Source: Haliotis rubra (lineage: Eukaryota). From it: a DNA stretch of 64,000 nt. Each line of letters begins with the position of its first letter. The first letter of the stretch is position 1. Location of the stretch: the NCBI RefSeq assembly GCF_003918875.1, contig NW_025765969.1, forward strand, positions 1,302,001-1,366,000, written 5' to 3'. The notes under the pieces are model-generated. The model did not search any database. It was not told the DNA's origin and worked only from the letters and a program-made list of their open reading frames with translations. Of this stretch, positions 25,676 to 37,126 are shown piece after piece. A program made the translations under genes and the position numbers.

Positions 25676-26543
25676 ATGTTCATCGAAACGCTTGAGTTTA
25701 CAATTCCTGTGGAATTGTGCAGTATTTTTTCAAGCCTCCAGAAGGGCCACAGGTCAAACGTTGAGTTTCCTGCATCAGTGAACTCTTATGGCACAACGCA
25801 AGATGCCAATTTGCAGGTTGTGTTACGCTCAAACAAACTAACGTTCAAAGTGGACGGTGTGTCGTCAAATGCAAGCATGATATCAAAGAGTGAATGTAAG
25901 ACTTTAAAACTCTCGGTGTTTGATGTGGACAGAACATTAATGCCTCAAGAAAATGACAGTTACGATTCTAATAATATGTCCGCAGTGCAGCATTCAACAC
26001 CTGTGTCATTTCCATCCAAAAGACATCATGAAATCTCAGTGTCACAGCCACCTGCTAAAAATCGTAGGACTTCTTTTTCTGATTCATCAAGACCCAGATC
26101 TCCACTTCATCGTCGCTCACAACCTCAATCCAGTCCACGTCCATCTATTAACACACAATCAAAATCCAAAAATGACTCTCTGGTGAATGTGAAACAAGAA
26201 CCAGAAGATCCAGATTTAATAGAAATAGAACCAGACCATGATCCTGATGATCTTGTGCCAAAGAAGGAGACTCCATACATGCAAATAGATTATTCATCCG
26301 ATGTACCTCATACGCAAACGTCCCAAGCAGCTCTAGATCGACTCTCTCATCCACAATCATCACATTCTCAATCACCCGGTTCTTCATCATCGTCCTTCCA
26401 TCAAAACGTTCCACATGTGCCAGATTACGCCGAACCCAGTACTAGTCAAGTTCATCATGGTGACCAAAGTGCAGATGACTTTTTAGTGTTTCAAGAACAA
26501 GACGAAGATTGTGATGACAACGATGCTGATTATGGAAATGATG
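25676..26543 (+). CDS. Gene B constant exon: unknown N-terminal domain + S/P/acidic linker
   Basis: 289 codons + 1 nt, phase-1 donor G|gtaatt at the same position as in gene A. Confidence 0.85.
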
Positions 26544-28644
26544 GTAATTATATTCTTCAGTTCTTCATCCTTCAGAAGCTGCTGGCCATGCTCACAACTT
26601 TCCAAAGTTTTGTATTTGAGTAGGCAAGATTAGGAAGGCAATTCATTATTTAATCAGGTCCTTGCTTTACTGAAAAACTAACCGTAAGAAACATTCTTTG
26701 TATGGGGAAACATTGCACAGTTATTTGGGCTGCAACAAACCATATTAAAGTCAAAATAAATGTTTAAGAGAGTTGACTAATGTCCTGCCTTGGTTAAATA
26801 TTTTTCATGTTGCATATCGTTCCTGCAGTATTGAAACAATCTCAAACTCAGAAGTTTTCCCCCCAAATCTGCAAAAGGTGTGTGTAGGCTGAATCTATAT
26901 TCTGAAATATGGAAATAAACTTAAACGGTACATTGTTATGAGCATTTGATAAACATATGGCATATTTTCCTTCACTGGTGAAGAGTTGATAGCAAAAACT
27001 GAGGGTTCAAAGTGGTGATTTGTAATTGAATTGAGAGTAATTTCTTATTCAATTAATAATGGAAATTATTACAAAAGCAAGTTGCCTTCCTAATGTTTTT
27101 ATAAAACAGATTCACAAAATTTCTAAAGGGTGACAAACACAAAATATCCAACATGACTACATATGGGTAAACATTTACCAAGCTGAGAGGCAGATTTAGA
27201 AACAATGGCAAACACTTTGAAAGTATCCTTGGTCATTCAGTTTATAAGAATGTAAAAAAAAAGAGATGTCTTGGTAGTCCTCCTGCTTCCATACATTCCC
27301 AGCATAGTTTTTGCAAATCGTAAAAATTAAGTTGCAGCAACTGATATTGCTTAATGATTCAGAGACATTTACATGTTTTTTCATTTTCACTGATCAAGAT
27401 AATAAGCTTTGCTTGTGGATGGGCCCAGGTTGTTTATCAAAATGGAATGGAGCTTTGATGCACTTAATTGTCAAGGATGTAATTTAAGGTGCTCAGCTCC
27501 TTTCCTGACTGTAAATCGCCACCTAAATTTTTGTGTAGTAAGTAGTTCAATATTGTAAGTGATTGAAATTAAAAATTGAAATTAATTCACAACACATTTT
27601 GTTCATGACCTCAATATTGCTGAAAAAAAGTTCCCAAATAGTATGTTTGAGATGACATTTTGAAAAATGCTGTCGAGGAAATTATGTTGTTGTGAAACAT
27701 CCCTCCAGATCTATCTTGTGATAAAATCGGTTGCCACACCGGGGTGTATTTTTGTTAACTTTGACGGTACATGTGCTGTGATTATTCCTGATGGATTTGG
27801 TTGCCCAGACAAGTTCTTAGCATTGCCAGCAGTTTGTTTTTGTACAAAGTTTGATCATGAACATTAATTGAGAACTTACAATTCTGTAACATTTTAATAC
27901 TGATAGGTGAACTTCTGAACCATAGTCGAAGATACATTTTTATTATTTGTTAAGTTAGGTGTCCCTGTTTATACTTCTCAAAGAAAGTCTAAGGATCAGC
28001 AGATTTTTATGTTGCTATAGTTACTGTCATGCTGTAATACCATCTATGCTGTTCATGACATGGAGTAATTATTGTAATGTGAAAGTATTGTGTTCCTTAA
28101 ATGATCTGGAGTAGTATTGATGGTGCACGTAAACATGAACAGTTGAAAAACACAATTTATACTCAGATAGATTTTTGTCTTTGTTACTTAATCTTTAAGT
28201 GTTGATTGGAACATCAGAAAGCTTGCATGATAGTTAAGTTAAAGGGTGTATTTGCATTTATTGTTTTGGCGTATTTCAAGTCTTTGTGTTCTCAACAAAT
28301 AGTGTTAATGATCCAGCTCTGTCAAAAACAGTTTCTTTAAAATGTTAAAATTAAATCACGTTTTGTGTGTAAAAGTAAATGTCAGTGTTGGTGCCTTGTT
28401 TTAATTTATGGTAATTGTTAAGCACCATTTTTAGTTATGTACACACATGCACTTATTTAGCAGGTGACAAGATAGATTGATAAACCTGGTGAGGTTTTTC
28501 ATTCTGTGAAATTAAAACTGGTTTTAGCTACATAAACTGTTAGAAGAGTCAAAAAGGGATGAGTGAAATTGCTCAGGAAAGAGTTTCCTCCCTTTAATCC
28601 ATCTTGTCACTTGCCATGTTGACACACCCAGTGCCACAGTACAG

Positions 28645-28677
28645 CGATGATGGGGGCGTGGTTCCTGGCATCACAAG
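28645..28677 (+). CDS. Gene B constant mini-exon (33 nt)
   Basis: AAG|GTAAGT donor at 28678; identical to the gene A mini-exon; acceptor choice inferred from frame. Confidence 0.7.
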
Positions 28678-29128
28678 GTAAGTCCACACACTGGATTCCT
28701 GACTCAACTGTGGCCTGGGGTAGGACGTCCTCAAGCTCAACAATGATAGACCAGGTCAAAACATTGGTAAAATACTGCAAAATAAGATTTTAGCCACGTA
28801 TGTACCATATTTGACACAGTATTAAATAATACAGGGTTTTATTTCATAATTATCTGAAGCTGCCATAATCTTGTTCATGCTCTGGTTCCCGTTGTATTTT
28901 ATTTTGGTATTTTGGACTTTTCAATTTTCTCCTGTTAGCAATATAATTGGCACAAAGTTTCTAAGAAAAATTTGAGAAGTATATGGATGAAATTGTTAGC
29001 TCAAGTCTTCACTGCCAACATGTACCCAGCCCATTTTATTCAGTCTATAAAATTTGATAATAAGCCTGGATTTGTGGTGAAATAGAACCCTTCAATATTA
29101 CATATAAACACACATGCATTGCTTTATG

Positions 29129-29134
29129 AATAAA
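29129..29134 (+). terminator. Putative poly(A) signal after the last constant donor of gene B
   Basis: aacacacatgca.tgctt...AATAAAgt.tgca conserved with gene A; T-rich downstream element. Confidence 0.55.
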
Positions 29135-30506
29135 GTCTGCACGGTTGGATGAATTTGGTTCTTTCTTCCCATGTACGTTATCTTGACTCAACCGAGGTAG
29201 TTGATTGGTCACCTTGGAATGTGGAAGATGGTAAGACCGTGAAAAGTTGTGGTTCTGATTAACTTTAAACTTGAATGTATTTTAAAACTTCAGTAACAAC
29301 TTTGAAATTGGCCTGTCGATATATTCTATAACCTGTTAATTTTATAAACAAGAAATAAAGATAAAATAAAATATTTTAAAAAGCCCAAAACCGCTGCAAG
29401 ATGGATCCAATTTAATCTGAACCACAACTCCTTGGCCTGAGTACACACAGTGGCACACATTCAACATTGTTTCTTCATGTGTTATGAATTCTGTGTCAAA
29501 CATGGTACAAGTGTCATGAAGTTGAGGATGAGAAAAAGTTATCTACCAAAGGTTGAAAAATAATGTGCCTCATCAAAGTACTGATTTGCTTGTGTAGATA
29601 AACATAATTCCTCCAGCTGTTAATTGCCCAAGTGTAAATGTAACTTAGTTTTATAGATTTCAAGTCTTCACTTATTTTGCATATTTTCCCATTACCTGAA
29701 AAACATTAAGGGCTATCAAACATGCACTAGCGAACAGATAGGAATGTTACTATGTCTCAGTGGCTAATATTGAATATTGTTGACCATATTTGACCAATTA
29801 TGTGTATGTAGTCTTTGTTTGGGGTATAAATAATGTTATCACATCTTTGAACTTGGAACATTGACATGTATCATCTCCAACTAAAGTGTGTTGATTTTGT
29901 TTGGGTAATATTGATGTATAAATGATCATTTAAGGCAGTGGATCATATTGTCTGAAAATATAGTTTTATACATAAGAGGTCAGATGTGGTTTTGTACGTA
30001 AGTGTTGTTGTCTAATACTTTTGATATATGATAATTTACTAATACTCTTGTGGATGAACTTGTTTTACTGCTTGTAAGATACATACACCCTATGTGTTTG
30101 ATACACACTTCAGTGAGATATGACTATATTTAGTGTAACCACATGTTGGGATTTTGCTATGGCGGACTTGATATCAATATTTCGTGATGAATGAAGAAAA
30201 CTACGAGTCTTTGTGAAAGTGATGTTTAATCAGGATCGAGACATGTTGACGACCGAGGGAATACTTTTTCTCTGAGAAATACTGACATTTGCCTTTATCC
30301 CATTTGAAGGACCTTGATCTTCAGATGAATATTTCAAGGAGTACTAGGCCCAGTTTGGACAAGATTCGATTGCTTGGTGTTCAGATCTGCGTTGCATAGT
30401 GCGATTGCAAATGAAACAGTTTGATGTAATATGACCATTCACTTGGCCAACAATTATAGGCATGATCACGTGATATCAAGAACCAGGGACACTGAATGAT
30501 AATCAC

Positions 30507-30790
30507 CAGGGTTTTACGTGTCACTCAAATCTGCGTCCAGTACGCACAAATGTGGAGAATGGACGCAGAAACCCCCAAATACTGCATCCAAAGAGACGCA
30601 CAAAAATACCTACTGTGACTCAGGAGTAGTTACCTCTGTCTAATTTCATCCATCAGTCATGAGCACTGACCACATGACCAGGGATTCATTCATTATCTGA
30701 ACGTACACTACACCATATCAATACTTGACAGGATCCTCCTACTGCCAGCAAGGACCTATAACATTTATTGTAAGACACGGTAAAACCCTG
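30507..30790. mobile_element. MITE
   Basis: TIRs cagggttttacgtgtc / gacacggtaaaaccctg. Confidence 0.6.
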
Positions 30791-31153
30791 ATCAAGTAAT
30801 GTCCAATAATAAACCAGCTTTCAATAGCATCAGGCTGTATGAAACAGCCTGTGATTGTTTCACATTCATACCTTCGATTGGATCATGTGGATCAAAGAAG
30901 ATTACATACCAGTTTAGCGGTTCATCTTTCAGTTAAAAAGAACTCTGTCTAAGGATTATGATTGCTTTGTTGAGTTGAGATTGACGTTTTAGCCAGATAG
31001 CTTGCCCAAAGAGACGGCATTGTTTCAGTTTTTCGTGATGTTGTTGAGATCTGTGATGTGGAAAGGAAACTTTGCCGATACTCTACCGATATGCCTGCTT
31101 CTTTGCCTGATGTATACTTTAACACTGACAATGGCTTTTCCATTGTTCTTCAG

Positions 31154-31470
31154 TTGCTGGCCATAGTTTCAAATACCACAGCTTTATGTTGAAGAGACTG
31201 TGTCGAATATGTGGGAAGCTAGCGGACGGTGGCCCTAAGAAAATAAAATTCCAGCAAGAGCTGCTGGAATTGTTCCATGTCAACGTTTTTGCCGATGTCC
31301 CAGGTGTACATCCAGTGAAAATTTGTCTAGCCCACAAACAAGTTCTGAATCGCTTCAAGCGAGCAAAGGTGTCAGGGAGGCCGTACAGCACCCATGCTGT
31401 TCCCCTTGAGTTTGCTCCCTATGACGAAATCCACTCAGACTGTTTTATATGCTTTCCCTTTTGTGGATGA
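31154..31470 (+). CDS. Gene B variable exon B0: RAG1 N-terminal/Chapaev-like zinc-binding domain
   Basis: Acceptor ccattgttcttcag, phase 1 and in frame; H-x3-LKRLCRICG...F-x-VNV-x2-D-x3-VHP-x2-IC...CFIC matches the RAG1 N-terminal motif pattern as I recall it. Confidence 0.7.
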
Positions 31471-32524
31471 CTGAGATTATGAGATTTTGAGATTATTCAT
31501 GAACTGGTTAACCATCATTGGCTGTTTGTGTTGTGATGCTGGTGGTGGACTGAATCGGCTGACGATCGTGAAATACGAACATAAATGCAACAGCTGTTGC
31601 CCAGATCTTGAGTTGAGGAGCTCTGAACTTGGCTTTCTGAACCCACTTTCTGAACACTGGGTTAGCTTAGTGGTTAAAGTGTTTGCTCTGCATCCGAGGA
31701 CCAGAGTTTGATTTCAAAAAATGCTTACAGTGTGTAAAGCCAATTTGTGGCATATGTTGGTGTTGCTGGAATATTGCTGATAGATGATGATATTCATGGC
31801 TTGGGTTTGTTAAAGGCTTGAGGGACACATGACCTATATCTTAACTATCCTACTGATAAATATATATATACAGAATAGAAAACATTCAAATAATAAAATA
31901 CCTATGTACAAAGTTCTACCTGCCACAAAATCACTCAGTGTTTTGCTTTGGACAAATGTCTGATACCATGTGCAGCTGTTGTGATATTTCCTCTGATCTA
32001 TTGATCTGTTGTTGCTGGAATATTGCCGTTAAACCAAAAACTTGAGCATGCACTAGTTGCCTGGATCTGTTGTAGCTCTTGAGCATGCACTAGTTGCCTG
32101 GATATGTGCGCTATATAAATATCCTATAATAATAATAATAATATTTCCTCTGATCTATTGATCTGTTGTACATGTTCCAGTGCTACATTTTGTCAACAAC
32201 TTTTTTAACTTTATAAAATTTTCACTGCCAATGATATGGGAGATGAGTTGTCCAGATATGGTGAAAATTGAGATGAGAATCATTAGGTCAGTAAAAGTCG
32301 CGTCAAATATCGCCAGCCATTGCCTAGTTTATAGAAGTTGATTTCCGACTCTTGTGGTTGCGATCATGAGTCGTAGTGCCAGTAGTACTCGTAGAATAAT
32401 GCAGTATTCAACTTGATCTCCCAGAACCAGAGTGCATTGTTTTCCAATCATCAAGACCTTGTCCATTCATTTGCACCAAAGTGACCAGATATATTGGTAC
32501 ATGTAGGCTTTTTATTGCTTTCAG

Positions 32525-32836
32525 ATTGGGCACCGAGGCAGGGTTATTTAGATAGTTATTATGACAACTCTCACACTTGGCCTGAACAGGAACACAGTGC
32601 AAGACCATCCACAGTGATTGGACAAAACATAGTGGTCCCATATCTTAGGAAACAGTTTCCTTGTCCTCAGTGCAGCAAGACATTCGCTGATTCTGGGGCT
32701 CTGCTTAACCACAAACAAGCCATACATGACCAGATGAGGTTCATGAGTGCGTGTGTGGTCGTGTGTATAAATACAAGCCAGGCTTGCTAAACCATGTAAA
32801 ACCTGCAAAATCGCTAAGCAACAGAGGAATAATTGA
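32525..32836 (+). pseudogene. Gene B variable exon B1, zinc-finger pair with frameshift near 32745
   Basis: Acceptor tttttattgctttcag, phase 1; second finger CVCGRVYKYKPGLLNHVKTC lies in a shifted frame. Confidence 0.75.
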
Positions 32837-33248
32837 TTTCATTGAAGATTCTGAATGTCTTTTATGGAGAATGGGCTTGAAGGTTCTGTGGAAATGATCC
32901 TGTCCTTTCAAGAGCTGTTTCAGTTGAACAGGATGAAGTTTCATGTTCTGGGTATCATTGTTTCACTGGCACTTGTCTGTGTTAGAATACAGGCAAAATC
33001 TGGGAGTCACTCAACCCTTAAATGCTGTTTTTATGTGTCAAGGGCTCAAGTTCAGATTTGAAAGTGGTTCAGCTGTAAAGGGTTCCATTGTTTAATTCGG
33101 ACCAGCCAAATCATAATCTTGAATTCTGTAAGACTGTGAATGTCGTTTGTGCTTGGTTTGTTTTTAAAGGTTCGGAGGAAATTATCCCCAGAGAACTGTT
33201 CTAAATAAAGGCAGTGATTTCTAGTTTGTTTTCTTTTCTTTTTTTCAG

Positions 33249-33589
33249 AATACAATATGGGCCATTCAGGGAATAACACAAAGAACCAATATAGTTCATT
33301 GCTACAGGGTCAGGGTCAAGGTCATTCCCCTTGGGGTTCACAGTTGAATGAAAGATCGTTCTCAATGGGTGTTAATACACAGAGCGTAAACAGAGAACAT
33401 TTCCAAAAAAAACATGCTTGTAATAAGTGTGATAAAGTGTTCGCAGATGTCAGTGGCTTACGGTATCACCGTCAAGCTATCCATGATAAAATCAAGTTTA
33501 CGTGTGTTTGTGGGAAGTTCTACAAATATCGATCTGGACTTGTGTATCACCAATATTCCTGTGTTAGTTTCCAGTCACAACGAAAATGA
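33249..33589 (+). CDS. Gene B variable terminal exon B2, zinc-finger pair
   Basis: Poly-pyrimidine acceptor, phase 1; CNKC...HRQAIH...CVC...HQYSC. Confidence 0.85.
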
Positions 33590-33925
33590 ACGGTGAATGG
33601 TTGACTAGTTTAATGCCAAGTCCCAAAGGGAAGTGCTGGAAATAATATTTTTGTATTTTTTACTGTTATATTAAATGTTCCTTATGAACATACTTACGAA
33701 TGCTTTAGACCATCTCAACATAAGCTTTTTGCTTGGACTGAGTATGTGTAGCTGATTTCTGTTTGACGAATTGTGACGCCCATTTCTTGCGTCTCCTGCT
33801 GTAATATTGCTGGAATGTTGCTAAAAGCAATGTAAAACCATACTCACTCACTCTTGGGCTTTGACTGACCTTCCACAGGATCATGAAACAATGTGCAATC
33901 CGGTGCAGTTATGATTATGAATATA

Positions 33926-34390
33926 CAGTCAGACCTCGTTAATACGAACACTTTGGTTTTTAAAAAAACCCATTCGGATAGTGAAACATTCGTACTGCTG
34001 AAACCACAGTATATGCACCGAGTTACTTCCCCTTGATATCTTTCCTTACTATCGAGACTCTGAGGTCGTGGTCGTCGAAATTTCCCTATCACTTATGATA
34101 AAAGGATCAAAGGGGTGAGTCGCTAAGTCGCTAAACAAACAACGTGTCACTTTGGGTGGACCAGTCAGCAGCGCGGTCAACTTCAATCGTTCGGATTAAC
34201 GCAGCTGTTTACAACTTAATTAGTCCAATCCGTTCCTACTGACCAGCGTTCGGGGGCGGAAACTGAATCATCGGACTAACTAGGTGTCAATTATATACAA
34301 TATATAGGGAGATGATTTGGTGCCCAGTGAGTAGCGTTTGATAGTCGGTGGATTCGGATTAACGAGGACCGGATTACCGCGGCCTGACTT
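33926..34390. mobile_element. Tc1/pogo-like MITE
   Basis: cagtcagacctcgttaat / attaccgcggcctgactt imperfect TIRs flanked by TA. Confidence 0.55.
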
Positions 34391-34639
34391 TATACAGATC
34401 AGTATCTGAATAACAGGTTTTAGCACTGAAGGACTGAAGTAGATGTCGTGTGTCTTTGAAGGTATTCATACATTTCACAGACAAAGCTTGATCTATCTAT
34501 CTGGTGACAAAGGTGTGTGTTCTTAAGTTGGTTTAGGGGCTGTGATGTCCAAGTTCAGAATTGAGGAAGAGTGTCCTTTTCTGTCAAATGTTGCGCCTGG
34601 ACATCAGTGGGATGAACTGGAACTTTTTGTTGATTTCAG

Positions 34640-34995
34640 GTTATCAGTGTTATGGAGATGGGTCTTTCAGTGGTGATCAGCATTTCGGGGACCCTGCTCT
34701 TAACCAACAGCAGCATGGGAGATTTAACAAAGTTGATCCGATTTCATACAGAGTTCCTTTCCAAACGGCACAAGACAATGGTGCAGTCATGGGTTCTCAC
34801 CCGTGTCCAGATTGTGACCGTGTGTTCATGAATTCCATGGCCAGGAAATATCATGTTGAGTCTGTGCACCAACAGATGAGTTTCCCTTGTGTCTGTGGCA
34901 GGGTTTACAAGTATCGGACGAGTTTACGGAATCATCTCATGTCGAGTCCTCAATGTGTAGCTCTTAAGAACAATCAGGCACAAAATGATCAGTGA
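34640..34995 (+). CDS. Gene B variable terminal exon B3, zinc-finger pair
   Basis: Acceptor tttttgttgatttcag, phase 1; CPDC...HVESVH...CVC...HLMSSPQC. Confidence 0.85.
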
Positions 34996-35028
34996 ACATC
35001 TTAATCTGAATTCATAATTAAGTCCTCA

Positions 35029-35266
35029 CAGGGGTGGAAATAACCCATTGCCCGACGTCCGAGTCCAGTGTTTTTTCCAGTCGGGCAAGGAAATTTGTAT
35101 ATCACGCTGTACCAATGTCCAGTTGACTTTCCAATGTTAATTATGTTATTTATTTAAAAAATCAAGAAAATCAGCCGGTATAGAGGGAAAATTATCACCG
35201 CATGTGATTTTACATGTGCCACTGTACCGGTGTACACTAGCAATATTAAAGTTATTTCCACCCCTG
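35029..35266. mobile_element. MITE (truncated second copy from 58541)
   Basis: Perfect TIR caggggtggaaataac / gttatttccacccctg, 5-bp TSD cctca. Confidence 0.8.
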
Positions 35267-35424
35267 CCTCAATGTGTAGCTCTTAAGAAAAATGATCAGT
35301 GAACACTTTATTCCGAATGCAAAATTGTCCAAGCTGACATTATGTGCATTATGTAGAAACGCTATGGCCTCCATTAGACCGGAAGGTAACTCATCAAGAA
35401 GACTGAACTATTTCTTATTTTCAG

Positions 35425-35684
35425 GTTTCCAAGGTCAGGCCTCGTCCATGGCCAACAGTCATGACTATGGCCTGTATGGTCCTGGAGTTGAGGAGGGACT
35501 TGGTAGATACATCTGCCCTGATTGTGGTCGAGATTTCATGAATTACACGTCGCGGAAATATCACATGGAGACAGTTCACGAAGGAATGTCCTTCACATGT
35601 GTGTGCGGAAAGATGTATAGATACAGAACTGGCCTGCAGAAGCATCACAGGCAGAATAGAGAGTGTGCGCACCAGCAGGGTTGA
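35425..35684 (+). CDS. Gene B variable terminal exon B4, zinc-finger pair
   Basis: Acceptor tttcttattttcag, phase 1; CPDC...HMETVH...CVC...HHRQNREC. Confidence 0.85.
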
Positions 35685-36617
35685 TTTAAAAATAGGGAGC
35701 GACTGGAACAGGATTCTTTTTGGCTGTTAAGTGTTTCTTGCCAGTCCATACTTCACTGCAGTTGTCTACCTTTGTCCCTATGATTGTTGGTTTGGATAAC
35801 CCAGAGTAGGTTTGTAACCACTCCACAGTTAGATAGAAAAATCATGCTCTTGGCTTAAAATGAATCCATGTGACAGAGGTTTTTCATGTCAAAACAGTGT
35901 GACAAAAGCTCGATGAGTGGGAACGTTTTGTCTGTTATGGTCTGTAAGGGATCTACTTCTGCAAAGTTATTTAAACCATATTCACCCTGATTTTCAGTAC
36001 ATTGTCAACAGAAAGTGTCTAACACTTTTTTTTGGCCTGGGATCACGTCTGCATAATATAGTAGTTTGGTTTGGTCCAGCAATAAATACAGTCGGTTGTT
36101 AAGAAACCTGTATTACCAGTTGTTTCTGCAGTAGGACCAATGGATGATTTTAAAGTTTCGGAAATTCTGTATTTCAACATTTTTGTTTCATTGACAATTG
36201 TGCTTGAGCAGCACAAGAGTAGGAAATGTCAGGGTCAAGTTCTAGAGACTCAGAAAGATCATAAGAAGTGAGAATTTTCTTTCAACAATTCAGGGAAATC
36301 TAGAATGTGTGTACTTGATTTGCTGGAGCTTCTTTCCACTGAGTATCTTTCCCGGCTCCCTGTAAGGTATATCCCTCAGCTGCCTTGTCAGGTTCTAGAA
36401 GGCTAAGGTCACATTTTACTTTCTTGTGATCAGACTGCGATGGGGTAGCCTATTGAAAAAAAAGCCTTTGCTCATGACGCCGAAGACCCGGTTTCGAATC
36501 CCCACATGGACACAATGTGAGAAGCCCATTTCTGGTGTCCCCTGCTGTGATGTTGCTGGAATATTGCCAACATCATGTAAAATCATGCTCACTCGTGACC
36601 CAAATGGGAAATTGAAC

Positions 36618-36852
36618 TGAGTGAGTTAAGTTTTATGCCGCGCTCAGCAATATTCCAGCTATATGGCGACGGTCTGTAAATAATTGAGTCTGGACAAGAC
36701 AATCAGTGATCAACAGCATGAGCATTGATCTGCGCAATTGGGAACCGATGACATGTGGCAACCAAGTCAGCGAGCCTGACCACCCGATCCCGTTAGTCGC
36801 CTCTTACTACAAGCATGGGTTACTGAAGATCAGTATTCTAACCCGGACCTTC
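36618..36852 (-). mobile_element. SINE-like family 2 (near-identical copy at 43645-43880)
   Basis: Aligns to 23733-23977. Confidence 0.8.
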
Positions 36853-37126
36853 ATTAAGTTCGGTTCTCAACTCGACTCAACTCACTCACTCTCGTGATCA
36901 GAAACCGAACAAAGTCACTGGCCATCTGCCACATGAGCTTCAGTGTTGGAGAGCACTAAAGATGGTCTCAGTAGAGACGATGCTCTCACCTGCATATTGG
37001 TGGAATGTAACCGGGTGTATGTGAAAAAAACTATATTGTACATTTCAGTTGTTGAATCTTTCTTCATTTGATAATTCTGGGGAAATTTCTCAGTAAAGAC
37101 TAGAGTGGTCCTTTTGTTACTTTCAG

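Noticed and set aside
28734-28745. Docking-selector pairing between aagctcaacaa in the conserved intron and the ttgttgctt acceptor motif
   Set aside because: Only about 6 contiguous base pairs; too weak to claim without covariation data.
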